A DNA stretch of 64,000 nucleotides from Octopus vulgaris (lineage: Eukaryota): NCBI GenBank assembly GCA_951406725.2, contig OX597820.1, forward strand, positions 18,724,001-18,788,000, written 5' to 3'. Shown here in pieces: positions 39,074 through 51,524 of this stretch (the stretch's first letter is position 1; every line of letters begins with the position of its first letter). The notes under the pieces were generated by a model, which worked only from the letters and a program-made list of their open reading frames with translations, was not told the DNA's origin and did not search any database. The translations under genes and the position numbers were made by a program.

Positions 39074-41767
39074 TCATCATCATCATCATCGTCGTTTAAC
39101 GTCCGTTCTCCATGCTAGCATGGGTTGGACGGTTCGACCGGGGTTCTGGGAAGCCAGAAGGCTGCACCAGGCTCCAGTCTAATCTGGCAATGTTTCTACA
39201 GCTGGATGCCCTTCCTAACGCCAACCACTCCGTGAGTGTAGTGGGTGCTTTTTACGTGCCACCTGCACAGGTGCCAGGCGGGGCTGGCAACGGCCACGGT
39301 CAGATTGGTGTATTTTATGTGCCACCGGCACGGAAGCCAGTCGAGGCGGTGCTGGCATCGGCCACGAGTCGGATAGTGCTTTTTACGTACCACCAGACCA
39401 GGGATCCTGGCTGGTTCAATTCGATTTCGATTTCGCTTGCCCCAACATGTCTTCACAAGCAAAGGGGGTTGGCATGGGTGCCTGTCGTACGGTCGCATTG
39501 GAGTATTTTACGTGCCACGGCCACGAGTCGGATAGTGCTTTTTACGTACCACCAGGCCAGGGATCCTGGCTGGTTCAATTCGGTTTCGATTTCGATTTCG
39601 CTTGCCCCAACATGTCTTCGCAAGCATGGGGGGTTGGCATGGGTGTCTGTCGTCGGATGAGGTTCTATATCGACTTCGCTTGCCTCAACCGGTCTTTGTG
39701 TCCAAGGGAGGAAAGGCATTCATAAGTGGGCTGGGCTCACTTGTCCTGCCTGGTCTTCTCACGTACAGAATATTTCCAAAGGTCTCGGTCTCTGGTCATT
39801 TCCTCAGTGAGGCCTAAAGTTCGAAGGTCATGCTTCACCACCTCGTCCCAGGTTTTCCTGGGTCTACCTCTTCCACGGGTTCCCTCAACTGCTAGGGATT
39901 GGCACTTTCTCACACACCTATCTTCATCCATTCTCGCCACATGACCATACCAGCGCAATCGTCTCTCTTGCACACCACAACTGATGCTTCTTAGGTACAA
40001 CATTTCTCTCAAGGTGCTAACGCTCTGTCGAGTATGTACACTGACATTACACATCCATTGGAGCATACTGGCTTCATTCCTCACGAGCTTACGCATGTCC
40101 TCAGCAGTCACGGCCCATGTTTCGCTGCCATGTAGCATGGCTGTTCGTACACACGCATCATACAGTCTGCCTTTTACTCTGAGCGAGAGGCCTTTAGTCA
40201 CCAGCAGAGGTAAGAGCTCCCTAAACTTTGCCCAGGCTATTCTTATTCTAGCAGTTACACTTTCAGCGCACCCACCCCCACTACTGACTTGGTCACCTAG
40301 ATAACGGAAGCTATCAACTACTTCTAGTTTTTCCCCCTGGAAAGTGACGGAAGTTGTTTTCTGCAGATTTTTGGAGGTTAATGCTCCCGAGCATCTGCCA
40401 CATACAAAAACTATCTTCCCAGTTAGCCTACCTTTGACATTGCTGCACCTCTTATGTGTCCATAGCTTACACTGGGTACATCTTATAGAGTTTCTACCTA
40501 CACCTTTTCTACAGATCGAGCAGGGCCATCTTCCTGAAGATATTTGTGGATTGTCTACCTTTCTATTTATTAGTACTTTGGTTTTAGCTAGGTTGACTCT
40601 AAGGCCCCTTGATTCTAAACCCTCCTTCCACACCTGGAACTTCTCCTCCAGTTCTGATAGTGACTCAGCAATAAGAGCAAGGTCGTCAGCGTAGAGGAGC
40701 TCCCAGGGACAGCCTGTCTTGAATTCCTCCGTAATTGCCTGGAGTACTATGATAAATAGGAGGGGGCTGAGTACTGAACCCTGGTGGACCCCAACCTCTA
40801 CTTTGAATTCTTCTGTGTACATGTTGCCAACCCTAACCTTACTTACGGCATCTCTGTACATGGCTTGCACAGTCCTCACCAGCCATTCATCTATCCCTAG
40901 TTTCCTCATTGACCACCAGATAAGGGATCGGGGGACCCTATCAAAAGCTTTCTCCATGTCAACAAAAGCCAGGTACAGGGGCTTATCTTTGGCTAGGTAT
41001 TTCTCCTGCAGCTGCCTTACCAGGAATATAGCATCAGTGGTACTTTTCCCTGGCACGAACCCAAACTGCATCTCATCTAAACTAACTCTCTCTCTAATTA
41101 GTTGGGCTATGACCCTCTCCGTAACCTTCATTACTTGATCCAACAGCTTGATACCTCTGTAATTATTTGTATCTAGGGCATCACCTTTACCTTTGTAGCA
41201 GTTGACTAGTATGCTGCTGCACCAGTCATTGGGTATGACTCCTTCGTGTATCACCTGGTTGACTATACGGGTGACTAGGTTATAGCCGACACTGCCAGAT
41301 ATTTTTAGCATCTCTGCAGTAATTCCTGATGGGCCTGGGGCTTTCCTGTCTTTATGCTTCTAATTGCCTTAGCTACCACGGAACTATCAACTCGGATAGC
41401 TGGTCCCTCTGTAGGGTCAACATTCGGCAGACTCTCTCTATCCCATTCATTTTCCTCATTCAGTAACCTTTCATAGTGGCGTCTCCAAGCTTCTCTCTTT
41501 GCATCCTCATTTAGCGCAAGTGAACCATCCTCCATGCGAACACATTTCTCTCCTACCACATCACGATTCTCTCTCACACACTGTCTTGCAACACGAAATA
41601 CCTCAAGTCTTTCATCCTCACGGCGCAGGACATTGGCAAATTTTCTCTTATCTGCTTCCCCTCTGGCTAGATAGACCTGTCTCCTAGCTTCCCTTCTGGT
41701 AGTCTGATACCCTTCCCTGCTACCACCGTTCTTCCAGGCCTTCCAAGCCTGTTTCTTTTGTCTAATA
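39074..41767 (-). mobile_element. Young 5'-truncated RTE-clade LINE
   Basis: RT ORF, about 660-bp 3'UTR and (ATG)n tail; endonuclease absent; one frameshift near 41345. Confidence 0.93.
39737..41311 (-). CDS. RTE LINE ORF2 fragment: reverse transcriptase plus Cys/His (PHD-like) insert, 524 aa open
   Basis: QFGFVPGKSTTDAIF, FVDMEKAFD, GVHQGSVLSPLLF, LYADD, FRYLG; CSIC...CTQCKLWTHKRC...CGRC. The upstream part continues in another frame to about 41767. Confidence 0.9.
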   Translation of the reverse strand: MLKISGSVGYNLVTRIVNQVIHEGVIPNDWCSSILVNCYKGKGDALDTNNYRGIKLLDQVMKVTERVIAQLIRERVSLDEMQFGFVPGKSTTDAIFLVRQLQEKYLAKDKPLYLAFVDMEKAFDRVPRSLIWWSMRKLGIDEWLVRTVQAMYRDAVSKVRVGNMYTEEFKVEVGVHQGSVLSPLLFIIVLQAITEEFKTGCPWELLYADDLALIAESLSELEEKFQVWKEGLESRGLRVNLAKTKVLINRKVDNPQISSGRWPCSICRKGVGRNSIRCTQCKLWTHKRCSNVKGRLTGKIVFVCGRCSGALTSKNLQKTTSVTFQGEKLEVVDSFRYLGDQVSSGGGCAESVTARIRIAWAKFRELLPLLVTKGLSLRVKGRLYDACVRTAMLHGSETWAVTAEDMRKLVRNEASMLQWMCNVSVHTRQSVSTLREMLYLRSISCGVQERRLRWYGHVARMDEDRCVRKCQSLAVEGTRGRGRPRKTWDEVVKHDLRTLGLTEEMTRDRDLWKYSVREKTRQDK

Positions 41768-42009
41768 ATATATGTATGTATATATATATGTATATATATA
41801 TGTGTGTGTGTGTATGTGTGTGTATATACATACATAGAGAGAGAGAAAGAGAGAGGGAGAAGAGGAGAGAGAGAGAAATTGATAAAACTGATAAAAAATA
41901 GTCACACAGCTAATACAGAAAGTATTGAAAAGGGAAAGAAAGTATCAACCATCTCCTAAGTGAGTGCAGTAATCTAGCACAAAGAGTATAAACAGAGGCA
42001 GGAATTGCT

Positions 42010-42330
42010 AAAAGATGCATTGGAATGTTAGCTAAGTGGTATGAACATGATCCAGAGGCTGTGATTGTGAATGACAATTACTGGATTTTATGAAGATTTC
42101 TCCAAAAAGACTGTATTATTGAAACAAGGAGACTAGGCATAATAATAACGGACAGAAAGAACAAACATTGTAAGATCACTGAGATTACAATCTTATATGA
42201 GAGTGGAATGGATATCAAGGAAACTAGGGAAACTGAGAAATATTACAGACCAGAACCAGAGAGAGATGAAGAGATTATGGAATATAAAGGGTGAAAATTG
42301 TTCTCCTGATAATTGTTACACTCAGCAAAA
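42010..42330 (+). pseudogene. Old RLE-type LINE relic
   Basis: KWYEHDPEAVIVNDNYWIL*...IIITDRKNKHCKITEITI...EKY parallels the ORF at 3125-3673. Confidence 0.65.
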
Positions 42331-42949
42331 CATCCAGATTGCTACTCAAGAGACCACCGAATGATGTTAAAATTGTCACACCATGTAGTGTCAGCTGCAA
42401 AAACGAACCATTAACCATTATTCTGCAAGAATTTTATAAAAGCTTCTTTGAGATTTCAGAAGACTTGTTGTCATCAAATCACCAAAACCTCAGGACACTA
42501 TTACTGCTAATTAAATTAGCAAAATAACGACTTTCGTATGATGATGATGACGACGATGAAGAGTTGGAGGAGGAGCATGATGATGATTATGATGATGATG
42601 AGGAGGATGATGATTGACTTACCTTGGTTCATTACACGTACTGGACCAATATCTAATCACATGCGATTTCCAAATGAATTGACGGACTTTATTAATTTTA
42701 CAGAAAATAGATAAACAAATAAATAAATAAAAACAAATAAAGGAATAAATACATAAATAAAACCACTGATGTCTTCCCACACACCAAAACCAATGAAAAA
42801 ATAAAAGTAAAAAATTAACCATAAAACACTGCTGCGCTAAGAAAAATGTCTTTGAGTAATACACTTGTTCTGTCGTTGACCAGCTAATCCTGATACATAC
42901 ATACATATGTATATACATACATACATACATACATATTTACATATCTATG

Positions 42950-42984
<35 letters not shown>

Positions 42985-43148
42985 TCTATAATATATGTGT
43001 GTGTGTATGTATATGTATGTATATGTATATATGTATGTATGTGTATATATATTTGTATATATATATATTTATACACACATATATATATACATATATGTAA
43101 ACAAATATATATATATAAACATACATGTGTGTGTGTATGTATGTATGC

Positions 43149-43192
<44 letters not shown>

Positions 43193-43277
43193 ATATATAT
43201 ATATATATATACACACACATACAAATATACATGTGTGTATGTCTGTATATGTGTGTGTATAGATATATATATATATT

Positions 43278-43313
<36 letters not shown>

Positions 43314-43351
43314 TATACATATACATATATATGTATATGTATATGAATATG

Positions 43352-43396
<45 letters not shown>

Positions 43397-43617
43397 CATC
43401 ACTGCCACCATACTTACAGAGAGAGAAAATTCTGCTTTCAGAATCTTCAGTACTTACAGAATTCTGAATTCAATATTTTCTGTGTCTGTCACAAATAATC
43501 AACAGTCCATTTTCTGAACCTTTCAGAGATTCTGACAAATGTATTCTGCTGGGTTTCTTCTCTTCTTTTTTAATCATCTTTTTTACTATCTTTTTATTTT
43601 GGATTTTTGTTTTTTTC

Positions 43618-43653
<36 letters not shown>

Positions 43654-44583
43654 GCTTTTTTTGGTACTGCTTCAGGAGGAAGGGTTTTTGGTGACTTCCA
43701 TTTATTTTTTTTTTTTCGGTAGTGATTGCATTTGGTGCTTTTTTTTCCATGTATGTACACACACACACACACACATATATACCTACATGTGTATGCATGT
43801 GTGTATAAATATATATATATTCACACATATATACCTACATGTGTATGCATGTGTGTATATATATATATATATATTTAAGGTGGACGTTAAACGATGATGA
43901 TGATATACACATGTATATATGTACATGTGCATGTGTGCATAGTCACATGTATGAATATACTTTGAATATAGCTACATGTGCCTGAAATGGTGTTTCTATG
44001 AATATATCAGCGTGCAAATCTATCTAAGCATGTACAAACGTGTGAGTGAGTGCATGCTCTATGTAGGAGTACACCCACGCATGCATACGTTTGTATATGT
44101 ATATAGATTTGAATTTATATATGCATATATATGCATATATATGTATATATGTATGTATGCATATACATACACACACATGTACATATATATATATATTATG
44201 TTTTATACATATATATGTAGAGAGAAAGAGTGTGTATTTGTGTGTGTGTGTGTTAAGGAGCATATGTGTATATAAATTCACTTTTGTGGGCTTATGTGTG
44301 AATGCACATCACATATGTATATATTTTTATATATGTATGTATATTGTTTCATGTGAATTGTATATTGTATGTGAATTTCTAAGTACCTACACATACCTCT
44401 GTCTGTCTCTCTCTCTCACACCCTCTCTCCCTCTCATTATATATATGCCTGTATCTAATATAAACATATTTATATATAGTTATATATCTGCACATACATA
44501 CATATATATATACATGCCTGCACATATATACACACACTCACACACACACACACACATATTGTATATATTCATAAATATATATA

Positions 44584-44698
<115 letters not shown>

Positions 44699-45093
44699 AT
44701 ACATGCATACACGCATGGAAGTGTATATGTGTGTGTATACATATGTTTACATATATCCGTGTATGCATGTATGTGAGAGAGAGAAACAGTGTTTCCATGA
44801 ACCTTTCTAAGTGAATGTTAGCATGAATCTCAAATGCAGACTTATTTCTCCGTATAAAAAGTTTGTGCATAAATGTCTAAGATTATGCAGTAACGGAATA
44901 TGAAGAAAAGAACTGGGAAAAAATAAAGTGTTTGAACACACACACACACATATATTTACAGAGATATGTATACATGTTTATATATGTATGTATGTATCTG
45001 TGTATGCATGTATGTATGTTTATGTGACTGCGTGGGTATCGTTGGCGATTTTCTTTCTCCATCTCCCCTTCTTTGGATCTTTCCTTTTCCTGT

Positions 45094-45128
45094 GTTTCTG
45101 ACGAAGAGCTCCGCTCGAAACGTTAAAT
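45094..45128 (+). ncRNA. Minimal (dimer-type) hammerhead ribozyme motif
   Basis: gttt CTGACGA a GAGC tcc GCTC GAAA CG TT aaat: intact core, palindromic AACGTT stem III, short stem I; lies in an insert of about 200 bp (45030-45232) ending at a TA tract. Confidence 0.7.
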
Positions 45129-45259
45129 CCTCCTTCTTTCTTTCCTTTCCTGAGTGTCCAATAACACTATACTTGTTCCACATCCTCGCGTTGTTGTGTT
45201 TTCTCTTTGTACTTTCATGTTTGGATTAACTACATATATATATATATATATAAATGTGT

Positions 45260-47343
45260 CAGTGGTGGATTATCGAGGCTCTGAAGCTTACAACCAGCAA
45301 CAGTAGGGTAACATCCAACAAGGGTCAAAGAATTTTCGTGCCCATGCAAGGAACTCCAGATTGAGGCCCTGATAACCCAAATGGTGGAGTTGTTATATGG
45401 AGTCCTTAAAGATGAGTCTGAAAGTGAACCCTCTTTCCACTAGAAACAAGGTGTGGGTAATCACCAATATCTTTGTCAATGTGGCTGTTCCATGTCAGTT
45501 CACTACAAATATTTTCCAGGCTATGCCTTATACTTTTAGAGTTATGGGGCTTGGAAATTATGGAAGTGTTATATACATACCTGATGCCATCATTAAGATA
45601 CATATGAAAATTACAAAATACTCTATTTTCTGTTTTTTTGTAGCAACAGTTTTGTCATATGACAGCATCCATGCAATGTGGTGGAGGCACATGGCCTAGT
45701 GGTTAGAGCAGTGGACTCATGGTCGAGGGATCACAGGTTCTAATCTCAGACCAGGCGATGTGTGTGTTTATGAGCAAAACACCTAAGTTTCACGTGGCTC
45801 CGGCAGAAGGTAATGGCGAACTTCTGCTGACTCTTTCGCCACAACTTTCTCTCACTCTTTCCTCCTGCATATTGCAGCTCACTTGCAACAGACTGGGAAC
45901 CTATATTCCAAGGAAACCTGGAAACCAGCCCTTATGAGCTAGGCATGGCTTGAGAAGGAACAAACAAATCCATGCAATGTCATTTTCTAGAGACAACATG
46001 CGTAAGGAATTCCAGCGCTCTTCAGTCATGGTAGACCAAAATTCATTCTTAAAAAAAAGAAAACTTTGTTTTATCTTGTTTTGTTTTATTTTATTGTTTT
46101 GTTGCTTTTAGTTGAAATTCAAAATGAAAAGAATAAGTAAATGCAATTCTCTGTCTCTTCACAGCTCATGACCGGCATTGTCAAGTACAGCTTATGTGCA
46201 GGGGTAATATTAGGGGACACTTCAATTAGTTGTTGCTGATAATTAAGCTGAAGACCTTCTGTGCATTGCATTTTAGATGTATTTCCTTCTGTTTTAGGAT
46301 TTCCTCCTTGAACTGATAACACTCATTTATTAATTTGTGGTCAATATTGTCTTTGTAATGCGATATTATAAGCTTGAAACTGTCTTCATCAAGTTTTGAG
46401 TTGTTCATCAATTCTGTGAGAAACTTGAACCTTTTCCCAATCTGCTCATATGGCTCCATCCTCTTGCTTAACTGGATTATCAAGCAGTCATAGACTTGAT
46501 TTAGAACTTCTATCCTAAATTTTTCAGCCCCTTTTCAAAGAAGCCCTATCACTTGTTCCATCTGCAAATTTTTTTGTAACAATGCATTTCAGAATAATTT
46601 GAGATGATTTATTTACATACACCTTTTGCTACTGGTTCATAGAGTGCAATCCTATCGGCTGAATTTTTTCACAATTCTTTAGCAAATGAAAGCAAAGATT
46701 CTAGCAGAAGGTAACCTTCAAATACATCAGAACCAGGGGTTTGGAGTTTCTTACTTGTTTTGTTAAAACACGCCATAGCTCCTTCCCAAATGACTGTTAA
46801 AACAGCATAAGGGTCCACAACTTAATATTTAGTCATAAATGAAGAATTGTTCCTTTTGTACAAGGTAACATTTAAACAATTTTTAAAGTAGAAAAAATGC
46901 TTAGCTACTGAAGAGATTGTAAGTCCAAAATTAGGAAGCAAACCTTTTCATTGGTCATTAAATAATGGTGTGAAAATAAGAATTTCTATCTCTACCATGC
47001 TGACGTAGTAGTAGACATATTTGACAATGGAAGGAGCAGCGCTGAAGTTTCCAAAATGATTCAAGTAAAGCAAATTATCTGCGAGTCGTTTGTACTTTTA
47101 ATTTTCAAGCTACTCCAAACTGACAGAAACAGCAGGTGAACAACTCGTGGCTAGACACTGTGTGTCTAGACTCTGCGTAGAAGTATGATATGATGTCCAT
47201 TAAGACTGGTAACAGAAATCTACATGGCAAAATGCAAAAGCAAAAATATTGACAGAATGTAAAAAGTTAAGCTGCTTCAGAGGAGCCCTTCCGGGATTAG
47301 GGGCCCTGAAGCTTCATTAGTTTTTATGGTAGATCCACCACTG
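45260..47343 (-). mobile_element. Decayed hAT DNA transposon
   Basis: TIRs cagtggtggat / atccaccactg, 8-bp TSD aaatgtgt/atatgtgt (7 of 8), remnant EVSPNITPAHKLYLTMPVMSCE of the hAT dimerisation region; contains a nested SINE (45683-45968). Confidence 0.8.
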
Positions 47344-47376
47344 ATATGTGTGTATATGTGTGCATGTGTGTGTGTG

Positions 47377-47444
<68 letters not shown>

Positions 47445-47584
47445 AAGAGAGATGGATTGATGGAGGGATGGAGGGATGGAGGGAGGGAGGGAGGGATGGA
47501 TGGGTGGGTGGATGGATGGGTGGGTGGAAGGATGGATGGATGGATAGATAGATAGACAAACAGACAGACAAACAGACAGACAGG

Positions 47585-47620
<36 letters not shown>

Positions 47621-48358
47621 TAGATAGATAGGTAGGTAGGTAGGTAGGTAGGTAGGTAGGTAGATAAGTATGTACATACATATATATGTGTGTATATATG
47701 TTTATATAGATATAATGATTATGATGTAGCTATACATATATATATATACATATATATATATAAATGAGTGTGTGTGTGTGTATGTGTGTGTGTGTGAGTG
47801 ATATGTGTGTGTGTGTGACAGGGAGCAAGAGCGAAAGTGAGATAGTTAGAGAGAGAGAGAGAGAGAGAGAGAAGAGAAAGAAACAGAGAGGATGAGAGAA
47901 AAGACGAAAGAGTGATAGAGACAGAGAATTGCATTTACCTATTTTTTTTCATTTTGAATTTCAACTAAAAGCAACAAAACAACAAAACAAAAAACAAAAC
48001 AAAACAAAACAAAAGAAATATTTTTTAAAAAATCAGATTAGAGATTCTGTTTTATGATAAATATAAAAAAAAAGTGGTCTGCAACTTTATATTCTATAAT
48101 GGTTCTCTCAACAGGCCAAATAGTGAACTGTCGCACGCTTCAGAGGTTAGATACCTACAATAGCATATTGGATGTTAGCATGGTTTAATAGATATGATAT
48201 CACACATGGCAGAAAATTAAAATTTATAAGAGAAAATATTTTTTTTTAATACTGAATACTAGCTAGGTATAGTTTAATCTATTACATATGCGTGTATATA
48301 GATATGTAATATGTATATACATACATATATTACATATGTATGTATACACATACATATA

Positions 48359-48391
<33 letters not shown>

Positions 48392-48394
<3 letters not shown>

Positions 48395-49060
48395 TTAATC
48401 AATATAGGGTGGCAAAAAAATTTTGTAGAATTTTTTTGCCACCAGCGGCCTAGTGGGAAAAAATTAAATAGTCTTAGACCATTTTTAAGTTCAACATCAA
48501 CAATCAAGGAACGGCCATAATAGGCCATTCACCCAGGGTGAATGGCCTATTATGGCCGTTCCTTGATTGTGATGTTGAACTTATAAATGGTCTAAGACTA
48601 TTTAATTTTTTCCCACTAGTCGCTGGTGGCAAAAAAAAATTCTACAAAATTTTTTTTGCCACCCTATATTGATTAATTATGAATTTTCTGGTTGATTCCG
48701 TAATGGAATCGGCGGCTTATATTTATTTGCTGCCGATAAATTTGGCGCGAGTGCGATGATTTGAAAATTTTAGGTCAGATATTGCCGAGGCAGGGACAGA
48801 AATGCCTCGTGAAAATATCTGTTCCGTTCTGGCTATTTCTTACTGAGGAATCTAAGGGCCTATGGAAGATTGGCTTGATTTAATTTAATCAGGTTAGTTT
48901 ACCATTAAACAGTAGATGAAACGGTGCATCGTATAAGAAATTACAGGGTAAATGTTTTTTTAATTTTCTCCTGGTTTACGGAATTAATGTTATTTTTGCG
49001 GTTGAAGCTTTGGCTGTTATTTCTAGTGGGTGAATGGCCTATTATGGCCGTTCCTTGATT

Positions 49061-49065
<5 letters not shown>
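48392..49065 (+). mobile_element. Retrozyme-like / Penelope pLTR-derived element in (TA)n
   Basis: 143-bp palindromic cap centred on 48535, a 38-nt direct repeat at 48536 and 49028 (492-nt period), an internal hammerhead, and TA tracts on both sides. Confidence 0.75.
48835..48941 (+). ncRNA. Type I hammerhead ribozyme
   Basis: atttctta CTGAGGA ATCTA [58 nt] TAGAT GAAA CGGTGCATCG TA taagaaat: perfect 8-bp stem I and 5-bp stem II, near-palindromic stem III, predicted GUA cleavage after 48933. Confidence 0.85.
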
Positions 49066-49107
<42 letters not shown>

Positions 49108-49139
49108 ACATACATACATACATGCATACATACATAGAT

Positions 49140-49476
49140 ATTGATAAAAATGGTAAGACAAAAGAATGAAAGAGACCTCGATATTATGTAAATAGAGGAA
49201 TTTATCTGTAAATGTAAAATGGGACAATTATTCGGTAGCCATGATAAAACTCCGAGTTTTGGATGCTGGGGTAGAAATCCATGCTGCCATCTGTTAGTTA
49301 TCTGGCCATCGGAAAAAATGTTATGAAATTTCCCTTTGTTTAACGATCATTTTCAAAGCATTTTTTCTGATGGCCGGATAGCTAAGAGATAGTGGCATGG
49401 ATTTCCACCCTGGCATCCAAAACTTGGAGTTTTATCATGGCTACCAAATAATTGTCACATATTACATTTACAGATA
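49140..49476. mobile_element. Older fold-back copy of the 36057-36424 family
   Basis: Same outer extension (ggtaaga...gaaagagacctc.atattatgtaaatagagga); diverged arms at about 49203-49328 and 49351-49476; decayed hammerhead cores. Confidence 0.75.
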
Positions 49477-49491
49477 CATATATATATATAT

Positions 49492-49526
<35 letters not shown>

Positions 49527-51414
49527 CATACATACATACATACATACATACATAAAAATGGAACAAAAACGCAATAGGGGTCATAAAAACGTTTGGACAG
49601 AAAGACAATACAAAGGCGGACAAGAGAAACAAGGACAGGCAAAAAAAGACGGGTCATTCATGGATTTCTTTCCTCAGTCAAGTTCCAGAAGTCACGACCG
49701 TTTCGGGCAGTTGCACTTGAGATGGTTTGATCTGGTTGCCCCCCAAAAAGTCTAAGCTAAGCACGTTAGACCCCTTTGTAAGAAAGCAAGTGACTGTGTA
49801 CGGCAACAAAGACAAAAAACAAACAAAAAAAACGGAGAACATGGTACACAATGATGACGACAATGACGATGGCAGTGGTGGTGGTGGTGGTGGTGGTGGT
49901 GGTGGTGGTGATGAGAATGAGGAGGAGGAGGAGGATAAAAACGAGGAGGAGGATAAAGATCAAGATGAGGATGATGACGACAACAATGACAATGGTGGTG
50001 ATGGTGGTTGTGATGATGATGATGATGATGACAACGATGATGATGGTGGTGGTGATGATGATGACGACAATGATGACAATGACAGTAGTGGTGGTGGTGG
50101 TGGTGAGGAGGAAGAGAAGGAAGATAAAGATATGGATGAGGATGATGACCGCAATGGTGGTGGTGGTGGCGGCGGTGAGGAAGAGGAGGAGGAAGAGGAA
50201 GAAGAAGAAGAAGAAGAAGAAGAGGAGGAGGAGGAAGGGGAGGAAGAGGAGAAGGACGATGACGAAGATGAAGATTACGGCTGCAGTGGTGGTGGTGGTG
50301 GTGGTGGTGGTGGTGCTGATGAGGAGGAAAATGACGATGAGGATGAAGAGGATGATGAGGACAAAGACGATGATGGTGGTGGTGTTGGTAGAGGTGGTGA
50401 TGAGGATGATGATGATGATGTCACCAATGATGATGACGATACATATACTTCATAGGTCGTCAAGAAGTCCACTTCCCAATCATGTATTACTGGCTAAAAC
50501 GAGCTGTACCAGTAATACAAAGGGGCCAGCCTTATCACATTTCATGTCACGCCGAATCTCCCAGAGAACTACATTCAGGGTACACATGTCTGTGGAGCAC
50601 TCAGCCACTTGCACGTTAATTTCACGAGCAGGCTGTTCCGTTGATCCGATCAACCGGAACCCTCGTCATCACAACCAATGGAATGCCAGTTACATATGCG
50701 TCCGGGAAAGCAATTTGTACCCATTAAATGGAACTTAATCAATCATCACCCATTAATTGATCACACCTGTGATTGGGAAAATTTAAGCAACACACCCAAA
50801 TATCTGTCAGGAAGCAGATTGATAAATGAAGGAACATATACAAGGTTTAATTTAATATTTAACATTTAACTGGGTGTAGTAAATATATCTTGCAGTGACA
50901 GGACTGAAAGGTTTGGCTGTTGGTTGTTTAATGCTGCTTGTTATTTGATTAGAAATTCTCAAAGAATCCTTCGTTGGAACCTCCTTCTCCTTTAAATAAT
51001 CAAAGAGACACAGTTTTAGTACAGTTAAAAATCTATACTCGGAGGAGACACACACACATGTACACACACACAAACACACACACACACATACACAAACACA
51101 CACAAACACACACACACAAACACACACACACACAAATGCACACATACACACATGTATTTTCTCATCATCATCACCGTCATCATCATAATCTTCATCATCA
51201 TCATCGTTGTGGTTGTCATCTCATCTCCGTCATCATTGTCGTCATCATCATCATCATCATTTAATGTCCACTCTCCCATGTGTGTATGTGTGTGAGTGTA
51301 TACATACATAGACACACATACTTTTATATTTATATCTATCTTTCTATCTATCTCTCTCTATATATATATACATATATATACACTTCTGTGTATATATGTG
51401 TATGCATGTGTATG

Positions 51415-51446
<32 letters not shown>

Positions 51447-51483
51447 CACACACATGTATACATGTATACACATACATGTATAC

Positions 51484-51524
<41 letters not shown>

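Noticed and set aside
45300-45610. LINE RT C-terminal relic inside the hAT (LTWNSHID)
   Set aside because: Only one short motif recognisable; insufficient to call
49640-49730. Possible minus-strand hammerhead (gaaacggtc...ctgagga)
   Set aside because: Core words are present but stems I and II cannot be paired convincingly; probably another PLE-related fragment
49727-50738. 242-aa acidic and 295-aa ORFs
   Set aside because: Low-complexity GAT/GGT/GAG tract running into a SINE; no evidence of a real protein
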